DNA of 46,773 nt, filler included, from Streblomastix strix (taxonomy: Eukaryota): the NCBI GenBank assembly GCA_008636045.1. It is 2 parts of 2 records of this genome, joined end to end, with 100 filler letters (N's around TTAATTAATTAA, not from the genome) between each part and the next. Parts side by side here need not be neighbours in the genome. Positions count along the whole stretch, not along the records: positions 1 to 23,340 come from SNRW01000289.1; 1 more part is not named here. The stretch is one strand, 5' to 3'. Positions 1 to 10,289 of this stretch are shown here, one piece after another; position 1 is the stretch's first letter, and each line of letters begins with the position of its first letter. The translations under genes and the position numbers were made by a program. The notes below the pieces were generated by a model that was given only the letters and a program-made list of their open reading frames with translations, was not told the origin of the DNA and searched no databases.

Positions 1-1
1 A

Positions 2-997
2 GTATTTTCTATGTTTCAAGGCTGGAAATATCATGAAGTATAAGAAATCAACATGAATCTAATATAACTACAGTTAGATCACATTAAATAAGTTATTGCT
101 AATGATGATAATGCAGTTTATGAATATATTTTGAATTGGTTTGCTTGTATTGTATAGCATCCAGAAATATAAACAAGAGTTGCTATATTATTAAGAGGTG
201 GTTAAGGCTGTGGTAAAAATAGTTTTACTGACCTACTCTCTGAAGTATTATCTGGTTATTCATTAGCAAATATTGATTCTCTAACTGAGGTTACTGGTTA
301 GTTTAATAATAGGTTAGAGAATCAAGTGCTTATTATATTAAATGAGTTAAGTATGTTCAAAGAAACTGGCTCTCACGATGCTGATAAGTTAAAATCATTA
401 ATAACAGATCCAACTCTATCGATAAGAACCAAATTTCTTAATACTCATACTTCTAGAAATTTATTAAATTTCATCTTAGTTTCTAATCATTTAGATCCTA
501 TTCACTTAGAATAAGATGATAGACGTTACTTAGTATGCTAATGTAGTCCTAAGTATATGAAGAATAAAGAATATTTCAAGAAATTGTTTTAATAAAGGAA
601 ATAACCAGGATTTTACGATAATTTGCTTACTTTCTTCATTAAAAGAGACATTTCATAATTCGATAGTACTATCATACCAATGACCGAAGCTAAAAAGGAA
701 ATTATTGAGTTATCATTAACAGAGATAGATAGATTCTGTATTTAATATTTCAATTAGTTAAAAGTTGGTTGGTTATGTGACGAAGCACTAAGATATTGTC
801 CAGATTCTATTAAGCCATAGAACTTCAGATTATAAATTCATAAGAACTGTGAAACTATACGTCAGCATATCAGGAATAAATATCTTAGATTGTATAAGAT
901 TAAGGAAGATAAAATAGCTGAACTAGAATAGTATGTTGAAGATGATGATAACCATGTGATTATTAATGAGATTAATGATGAACAGTATAATACATGA
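2..997 (+). CDS. D5-like/SF3 helicase (primase-helicase C-terminal domain), 5'-partial
   Basis: With TAR=Gln, one open frame of ~331 codons to TGA 995-997. Motifs: YILNWFA, Walker A GGQGCGKN (197-220, Q=TAA), Walker B IILNE, KLKSLIT, motif C FILVSN, DDRRY. Confidence 0.92.
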
Positions 998-1045
998 TGA
1001 TATTGAATTTCAACAGTAATTTCATCATAACTTATCATTTTTATA

Positions 1046-1556
1046 TAGAAGGGAATTATGACGAGGTTATAATGTAACAAACTTAGCGATACATACGATG
1101 AAACACACAGGAATTCATAAAGAAATTTATTTTTACACTATCATTTTCAATATCAAACTCATATTCATCAGTCAAACATCATTCTTAACTTATAATCAAC
1201 GGTCAATTCAACTAACTTTGGTCTAATTCACTATAGTTTCGAATGTATACTAACACTTCCATAACTCATGGTCAAATATATTTTTATAAACCAACTCAAA
1301 TCACATCGAGCACCGAGCACTAGAGCACCACTACTTTTCCAATAAAATTTATTAAAATCACTTATACCTCATTTTCTCATTTATTTTTCAATTTTCATTA
1401 TTAATAATTATTTTCATTAAATTCCATCTTATTCCATTTTCATCAACTTTACCGATATATTTGGTAATTACTTCAATTTCATTACTTTTCCCATTATTTT
1501 TCATAAATCATCGCAAAACTAAATCTTACCATAAACCTCGTCATAATTCCCTTCTA
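1046..1556. repeat. Perfect 23-bp inverted repeat pair (1046-1068 / 1534-1556) flanking non-coding DNA
   Basis: TAGAAGGGAATTATGACGAGGTT and its exact reverse complement AACCTCGTCATAATTCCCTTCTA. Confidence 0.85.
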
Positions 1557-1718
1557 CCGGATTATACCGTAATATTTTATAATCCATTTTAGATAGGGAA
1601 TAAAAATAATCAAGTCAATACAAATCAAAATTAATATATTTATCCTATTCTTCATACTATACAGGTTATTCTTAATATTCATGCAGATCTTAAATTTATT
1701 CAATTACTTTTTTCTTTT

Positions 1719-2278
1719 TCAAGTGTCTATTTGGGTTACTTATTATCGTTTAACTTTTTATTTATATTTCTCTATTTGTTTAACAGCATCTTAATGTAAA
1801 TGTTTAATATATAAATTTTCTGTTCTTAACCTAATTAGTTCTTCCAAATCAAGTTGAGTATTATTATAACTAATTTACGGAGTTTTAGAAGTTTTTACAA
1901 CTCTTTTTCTATCTTCGGCGGCAACTCTATTGCTAACTTATTTCTTTAATGGTTTTTCTCTAACTTCGCTTATTAATGTTTCATCGCTTTCATTTTATTC
2001 TTCTTATGGTTCATAAGATATAAAATCTTCTTCATCATTAATTTATTTTTAAAGTTGTTTTTAGACTTTTTTCATTGATTGATTTTCGCTCGCAAGTCCT
2101 ACTTCATTAGATTATAACAATAACTTATTCTACTATGTTTATGTTAATTTTTTAATGTCTTCTTTCCTTCTTCGAATACTTTAATATCTTTATTAATTTG
2201 GATGATATATCCGTTGTCAAAGAATTCAATATTTGTTCCATTCTCTATCAAATACTTTAGTGGGTATTGTAAGTCCAT
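1719..2278 (-). pseudogene. Viral hypothetical charged protein, frameshifted
   Basis: ATG 2278 MDLQYPLKYLIENGTNIEFFDNG...; frameshift near 2110; E/K/Q-rich frame continues to TGA at 1719-1721. 3' end uncertain. Confidence 0.45.
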
Positions 2279-2355
2279 TTGAATATTTTATAATAAAGAA
2301 AATGATAAAGGGCATAGAAAGAAACTCAATTTGCATGTCAAAAACTAAAAAATAA

Positions 2356-3077
2356 ATGTCTGAGATTAAACAGAAAGAACTTATGGACGAAGATAAAATA
2401 AGATTGCAATTGATTGATGGTGCAATTAATCGGATTAAGAAAATGCCAAAGGTAGGTCTAGAACGAAGTGAATATTTAATACCCGCCAACGGAGTTGGTG
2501 AAACCATCGATGATGCGTCAAAACCTAAAGAAAATATAATTTAAACTGATAATGAAATTACTCAAATTACACCTGAATAATTGATCCTAACAGAATAATA
2601 AATTGCTAAGTATAAGAGGAAATACAATAAAGATAAATATAAACAAATTGATAGAACAACTGCATGAGTAGATAATAAGGATGTAGTTAAAAATACTTAT
2701 CTTTCTCATCCAAATATTGAAGTAATAAATTCATTATTGATAAAATTTGGAGTATAATTATTATAAGAAAAAGTGGGGACGATTTTATACTTTCATCTAA
2801 TAATTTTATTAAAATTTTGTCACTAATTGCATAAGAGAATGAAGAAGATATTGAAATTGTATTAGAATAAATATTAATGAGATCCCATTCATGCATAGGT
2901 AAATCATATAATAAGAAAGATCTATTAAGAGTAATGGATGTATTTAATAAAAATGTTAGCATGTTTGTTATTTATAATGTTCTTTATAATTCAATTGAGA
3001 AACTGTATCATATTAACAAGGACTTTGTTTATTTGTCTGAAGCACCTACATCAGAGATTTCTAAAGATGACTTTTGA
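2356..3077 (+). pseudogene. Viral hypothetical protein(s), disrupted
   Basis: MSEIKQKELMDEDKIRLQ... reads through TAA. In-frame TGA near 2665 and a frameshift near 2760 join it to the ...EAPTSEISKDDF frame ending TGA 3077. Could be two genes. Confidence 0.45.
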
Positions 3078-3111
3078 TTGTAGAACGAATGGTAATTATT
3101 TTATAATAAAA

Positions 3112-3870
3112 ATGGAATAATATTTAAGCGATTTAGATATGATTGATGAAAATGAATAAATTAATTAGTAAGAATAGGGAATTAAAATAATAAAATAATA
3201 AGAAAAGTTATAAAAATAAATTATGGAACGTAATATATTACTACAAGTTATTGATAATGTGGTAATAAAGCACTTTAATTATTTGAGTTAATTCTTTAGA
3301 AACTCTATCGATTTTGTTATTTTACATATTGACTAGATTATTCGTGGAGTAAAGACATTTTTATCACCTATAATAACTGGTAAAATTATTAATTAAAGTG
3401 GAACAAGTAACAAAATTCTAATTGCTAATGGAGATACTAATGATAAAGATTAATTAGACTATGAACCTATTGAAAATGCACATTATTCATCAATTGCTTA
3501 TGGAAAGTGTGAATAACGCATAAGATGTATAATAACATTATAAAATAGTAGAGTATATATTTCACTGTAAATAACTCCCACTGGTCCAGATACTGTTCAT
3601 AACTCAGGATATACTTTATTCTCAATCGTTGATAATGCTATAAAGACAAAGTTTAGTGGAACCCCAACTAACATACCATTAAATGCTGTTCTGTTTGCGT
3701 AAAAAGTTATTGGTTATCCGATATGCTGGAATGGAGCAATTCCAATTGATTGTTTTATTAATCCTAACGATAATATAATAATTAATATAACATGTTAGCT
3801 AGATTTACCTAATACCTTTTGTGTATAAGTTTGTGATTCATATGCTATTCTTAATTAGTCGGATAATTGA
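3112..3870 (+). CDS. Putative fibre/receptor-binding protein (252 aa)
   Basis: Uninterrupted ATG-TGA frame. N-terminal coiled-coil-like segment, then DQIIRGVKTF and GTSNKILIANG (resembling phage tail-fibre shaft motifs), then a beta-rich C-terminal domain. Confidence 0.6.
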
Positions 3871-4041
3871 CAAATTTAAAAATAAACAAAAGAATCCCAT
3901 AAACGAAACTATCATCTATTCTCTTAAATAATTTTACATTAATTGGCATGCAATATTTAAGACTATTTGGGAAGCAGCTATAAAATATTCCTTCGAATAA
4001 AAGATATGCCGTTGAAAAAAAATAAATTTATTTTTGTAAAT

Positions 4042-6026
4042 TCATTGAGGTTTAATAGCTCCACCGAAAAGCTCACCAATAACATCAATATTTAATACTT
4101 ATGGCATTGAACTATCATCAAATATGATTCCAACCAAACGCATCACATAGATAATGCATCCTTGGAGTAATAGATGCTTTAGTATGATCAGAATATGCTC
4201 CTATTCCAATGAATTTTTTGAAATAGTTTTAGTTCTATGATGGATTTATATTAGTTGTATCAATAATTCCTTTAGTAAAATTTCTTTACATAATTACTTA
4301 TATATTTGTTCTATAACCTATCTTTGAAGAGTTATATCCTCGCATAAATGAATCATCAATGGCCAATTTCCATTCAAGCATATATTTGTCAGGATAAAGT
4401 GTTCTAATAGCTTTACATCCACTTTAAAATGCTGTTAAATAGAATATGTTAACTGTTTTACATTAATCATTATTATCTATTAATCCATAGTAATTTTTCT
4501 TTTAATCAACAATCAAGTTCTCGAATGTAGTGAATGATACATATCTGATGGAGCTCTAAGAACATCTTAATCAACGAATCAATCAAACGTTTATCCATTA
4601 GTTGCTTAATTTAATAATTTATTATGGTTATAGGATAACATTATTCTAATCTTTAACTAGATTAAGTCCTGTGAATAATACAGGGAAAAACCACGTAGGA
4701 TTTTAAGGCATAGAAAATGTCATAAATAACGCCTTTATGTTAGACAATGACATAATGCTTTACATTGATCCACTAGTCTTATCAAATCCACTAAATGGAA
4801 AGTTTGAGGATAATGTTCTAAAAACTTATGTAGGAAAATAAATTGATTTTTGTTATTGAATTATAATAATTACTGTTTCTTCATTTTCATAATTGAAGCA
4901 TACGTTATATATCTCTTATGTTTCAAATTTAGCTGTTCCAATCTAATTAATTGAATTTTGTGGTATCTTTTCAAGAACATCCTCATTTTACATATTTACA
5001 ATTCTTACATTATATTTTTATATACGATAGATCATCTGCATCATCACCTGATAATAGATAAACAATATCAGGTTTCTCAGGAGGAAACATGTGAAAAGCT
5101 AAATGATTATTATATATAGTATCATTTTTGTTAAGCTAAACATTCTTCAAATCTTACAAGAAATCTTATACCCATAATTATAGATGTAATTTTGCATAGT
5201 TACATGTAAGAACAAGGAATGAATTAAATATAGGATTTTGTTAGCTAAGATCAAGTACTCCACTGAATGCAATATCAAAAGGAATTTTGTACTAAAATTG
5301 TGTTCCTAAATCTTCAATAGTTGCTTATTTATCAAACTCACAAAGTTAGATATTAATAAATACTTCACAATGACGTTTTCCTTCAATTATACTTTCAAGG
5401 GATGATACGCTAACGCTATTTTTAGTACACAAATCACTAAGAGAATTCACACAAATCACAGCTTATTCTCTTGCATAGATTGCAGATCCCTATAGTGCTG
5501 TTGCATCTTTCAATAGTTAGAATTAGTAGAATGGTCCGCAAGCTGTTGAGAAACCAATCCAAAATTATAGGTGTTCTAATGATTCTATTCCTTAAGCTAA
5601 TTTACTTAAATGTCCTTATTCAGTTTATGACATATCTGCAGTCCAATCGGCTAATGGATCTTCTTTATCATTGAAATTTGTTCGTGTGATTAATTTGTCT
5701 CCAGTATTCCGGTCATTAAATGTTTTATTAAATTGTGTCGCTAATGTATATATAGGAATAGTAATTGTCCAATTTACTTAACAAATTTGATCCATTGAAC
5801 ATACAGATTTACCTCTTGTTCCTAATGGTGCTCTAGTGCATTTAACTCCGCTGGACGTAAGTTCAGTTATTGGAGAATCGAAGAAGTTTTGCTTTGATAT
5901 TTCAAATGATTGTGGATGCATAGATAATAATTTTAAAACTCCTCCAAGTTATATATATCCACTAACATAATCAGAATGTTACATTTTTGCTAATCTTCCA
6001 ACAAAATCACTAGATTTAAATGACAT
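4042..6026 (-). pseudogene. Putative major capsid protein (double jelly-roll type), several frameshifts
   Basis: ATG 6026 MSFKSSDFVGRLAKMQHSDYVSGY..., ~660 codons of beta-rich sequence ending ...IIFDDSSMPQVLNIDVIGELFGGAIKPQ TGA 4042. Size and position fit a capsid gene; identity is inferred. Confidence 0.55.
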
Positions 6027-6092
6027 TTCAATAAAACAAAAATTAATGAAACTAAATAGATCTTTATGTAAAAAGTTTTTTTAATAAATCAA

Positions 6093-6314
6093 ATGGGTTT
6101 CTTCTCTGGAATAGAAAATTTTGGGTCGAAAATATTAGGTGGCGTTAAGATAGCAGCATAATAGGTTGCGCCAGCATTACATTAAGTTGTATCAACAATA
6201 TCAGGACCAGTTGGAATGATTCATCCAGGAATTGGAGGTGCATTAAGTGCAGGAGCAAATCTTGCAGGTGCTGTAGATAGATAAACTAGTAAATGGTCAG
6301 CAGCCAAAGGCTGA
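6093..6314 (+). CDS. Small Gly/Ala-rich amphipathic protein, pVI/PX-like membrane-penetration candidate (73 aa)
   Basis: MGFFSGIENFGSKILGGVKIAAQQVAPALHQVVSTISGPVGMIHPGIGGALSAGANLAGAVDRQTSKWSAAKG; intact frame, divergent from the capsid candidate. Confidence 0.65.
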
Positions 6315-6369
6315 GCTGAAGCTAATTTATGCCCACGAACAAAGTTCGTGATAATGACTTTTTTATTTT

Positions 6370-8150
6370 TATTGAAATTACAATTTCCTATCATAATAAT
6401 AAATCAGAACAGTTAGATAACTTATCACTAAAGATATTGCTTACCATATTTAATATTAGAAACTAGGAAATTCTAATGGTGGAATGTTGTCAAATGAAGA
6501 GTATCAATTATTTATAGATGTTGATGGAGCATTGGTATATACGGCTAATAATTTAATCGTTGATGGAATGGCATCAGATTACTCATTAAAAATAGAACCT
6601 AATGGACTATTAACTATAAAGAATTTGAAAGTGATTAAATTTGATTTTGTTGCTTAGATTAATTAGTTGATTAATTAAGTGAATTTACTGTAACAATCAA
6701 TTGGGACAACTGAATAGGAAATCACTGATATAAAAATGATATTGATAAAATTAATTAAGATCTATCAAGATAAACACATTTCCGAGGATATTATTTATTG
6801 AATAGTGACATATAAAATTTACCTGATTCAGCTAATGGAGATTTTTTATTTAGCACTGAAAATCGGACAGTTTGTATGTATAATTAAAATTGATATAATA
6901 ATGGAGATATAGTTCCAGATTAAGTAACTACTACAAGTGATGCAACTCCACTATCTGATGGTACAGTAACTGCAGGAATAAGTACCGAATATTCACGTGG
7001 AGATCATGTACATCCATTAAAAATAACAACAACTATATCTCCACAAGATAGCGCTAGTAGCTCAGTTGGTACAACTAATTAATATGCTAGAAACGGTCAC
7101 TCTAATCCTCACAATATAATAACTTCCATATCTCTACAAGATAGCGCAAGTGGAACAGTTGGTTCAACTAATTATTATGCTAGAAACGATCATTCACTTT
7201 CAATTAATGTAGAAACTAATACTTCGATAATTCCAATAGTTAATGGAGTTGGGACTAATGGAACATCAGCTTGTTGCGCTAGACAAAATCATGTTCATCC
7301 ATATTAATTAACTTATGATGGAAATATTACAGCAACTAATTTTATTAAAACAGATGGAACAGATAATTATTTATTACTAGCGGAAGGATTAACTAAAAAA
7401 GTTGTTTTGACAAGTAAATTGTATTAAGTTATTGAATTACTCTTATATATAAAATTATATACATTTTTTGCTTAAAATGCTACTTTTGATAATTCAATTG
7501 AATTCAAAATAAATACTAGAACATGATTTGGAAAAATATAAAGTAATTAACATTGGACTTAAGATATAGAGATATATAGTTATTAATATTAGTTTATCCC
7601 ATCGTTATCATCCGATATGAATAATGCATGGAAAATATATTTTGGAACTGGTGCAAATAGATATGGAGAATTATGAGGTCGAATAGACGATTTTACTTAT
7701 AATACATTCATATCATAAACTGATATAAGCGCTTTTTAGGGTAATATTACTGATATATTAACCACTGATACACAACCAGCATTACCTACAAGATATAATG
7801 GTATATAATAATTATTTCCAAATATATATGATAATATGTAAATAAATCTTTCAGCATGTAATTATGATGACGGTTTGAGAATAGCAGGATCAGTACAAAG
7901 TACAGGCAGTTCTTCGATTTTCTTAGTTTGCGGAAGAACATCTGTCACTGGTGACATAGCAGGATAATGATAAATATTTACACCACCAAGTAGGTATGTT
8001 AATAGTCCATTAGGTTTTGAAATAACATAGGCTTCTGATTCAGGTGATACAACTAGAGGATTATAAATTATTGCTAATGGAAACACATTAACATTCAATG
8101 GACGAGTTCTCTAACTGTTATTTATTTTTGAAATAAATGGAAAAAGCTGA
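6370..8150 (+). pseudogene. Long tail-fibre-like protein with His-containing repeats, disrupted
   Basis: Repeats GISTEYSRGDHVHP, VGTTNQYARNGHSNP, VGSTNYYARNDHS and GTSACCARQNHVHP (about 6970-7300), then FIKTDGTDNYLLLAEG. Frameshifts and in-frame TGAs; start approximate. Confidence 0.7.
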
Positions 8151-8625
8151 AATATAACCGATCAAACAATTGTTCAATGAATTAGTTAAATCTCATTTTG
8201 AAGGTAACGATACAATTAAAGTTTCAATTGAAGCATTATAAAATTTGCTAAAGAATGATGAAAAAGAATCAATCCATCCATTACTCTAAGAATTAATGAG
8301 AATCAATAAAATGTTCACTAATCAATAATAATAATTATATAATATAAAGAAAATAATAGATGAAGATGATTATAAAAATAAGTTATTTAAAGAATTAGAT
8401 AATTACTTTAAAAATAAATATCTAATAATCAAAATGTCATTAGATCTAAATAATTAATCATTACAAATAAAGAAGTACATTACCTCTGAAGCTAGCAATG
8501 AAGAAAAATAGATTTTTAATTAATTTATGAATGATGAATAATACAATAACTTTGTCAATTACTTTTTCCTTCAGAAAAACCACATTAATAGGGATCAGCT
8601 TAATTAAAAATAATTTGATTGTTGA
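8137..8625 (+). pseudogene. Viral hypothetical helical protein, one frameshift
   Basis: AAATAAATG start, MEKAEIQPIKQLFNELVKSHFEG..., frameshift near 8350, TGA 8623-8625. Confidence 0.45.
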
Positions 8626-9258
8626 GCTGTTAAATATATTCAATTATATCTTTAATTTTATCTTACATTGGATCGTGGGAACAAAAGTGAAAATGTTATA
8701 ACCTCATATTATTTCTATATTTATCTTTTCAATCTAACTCAACCATTAGTTTCCATGGAATTACAGTATTCGTGTTAAGAACTTAAAAAAATTTGATTAT
8801 CTGATAATCAGACGCATCATATTTATCTCTAATTGTTTTTGCTAAACTATACATCTCGCCCATTTTATTATTTTTCAAAAAAATTTAATTATTGGGTTAG
8901 TTTAACATTTTAAGATTCAAGATATATCTCCAATGAATTGCCAATTCCAAATCTTTATTAGTTAACACTTCGTTCAGAAATGTTTCAAATTATTCTACAG
9001 ATAGCTATGACCAATGGATACGTAGTTAATTCTTGTCCAATTTTCTTTTGTAAAAGAATTGTATAATGTAAACCGTTATATTTATTAGAACCAATACCAT
9101 GTCGAAATAACTTCATAACGTTTTCATTACATTAACTACATCCATTAATTTATCAGAATTTGATACAAATATAATTGATATTACAAAATTAACGCAATAG
9201 AATATATAATTTATTACAATAATGATCAAACTTAAAATGTTCTTTTATTATTTTTAAA

Positions 9259-10280
9259 ATTGAACTACTAGAATTATAAGATATATCATTTACGATTTAA
9301 GATCTATTGAATGAATATAAAACTAAGCCATTAACGAAGAATTCATTGTTCCTTATTAATGGAAACCATTATATTGTGTGGAGCTGTTGGACGTGGTAAA
9401 ACAACATTAATGTGCAAGCTAGTTGTGATATATAAGAAAGTAATCGATCCTTTTAAATTACACTTCTCGAATTACTGTGCAGATGAAACTATGGCATTAA
9501 ACCAACATAATAAGGATGTTTAATTAATGAATGTAACTTATGGAGAAGTAATGATATTTCTAACTGAATTAGATGAGATAAAATACTCAACTAAGGAAAT
9601 GTACATTTGGTATAAAATGAATGAATAAAAATAATCTTGTATTAGTGATTTCATTAAGCAAATGGAAGAATAAATTTTATAAGCTAATGAGATTAAAAAG
9701 AATAAAAAAACCTAATGATTATATTCATCGAATTCCTGAACTATTCAAACAAAAAGTAATTGAAACCATTAAAACATATAGTTAACCAACCAAGATATTG
9801 AGATTCGATATTTCTGCGCTAATTTAAAACATTAGTTTCTAAAAGAAATACAAAATTACTGAAGATTAGTAAAATGCTGACTTAAAAATAATGAAAAAAC
9901 TATTATTAGAAAAAGCTTAATTATTCCATACATTAGTGCTCTTCGATGATATTGGATCAAATGTAGATATCTAACGATATAGTTCATAACTATCTAAACC
10001 AATAACGCATCTCGTTAGTAATTCTCGTTATTTAAAAAAACACAATTTTTTTATAGCTTAATGCTTAACTTATTTGTTCAAGACAGCAAGGATATTAACC
10101 TATGTAATTTATTTAGGTGTGAATTTAGGTGAAAGTGATCTAAGATAAGTGTATAATAAAAATTCCATATAAAATTTGGATTATGATGAATTCCAATTAC
10201 TATATAATACGTTAAAGAAATATGAATTCATTATATTGAATAAGTGGTTAGATAAATTTGATATTCTCAAAAATAAATGA
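9259..10280 (+). pseudogene. A32-like (FtsK-HerA family) genome packaging ATPase, frameshifted
   Basis: Walker A CGAVGRGKTT (~9377-9406), Walker B TLVLFDDIG (~9930-9956), Arg-finger-like NSRY and FIAQ sensor; TGA 10278-10280. Start approximate. Confidence 0.85.
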
Positions 10281-10289
10281 ACATTTATT

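Noticed and set aside
8640..9260. Two small minus-strand viral ORF remnants (one starting ATG 8862)
   Set aside because: Too degraded to define frames or function.
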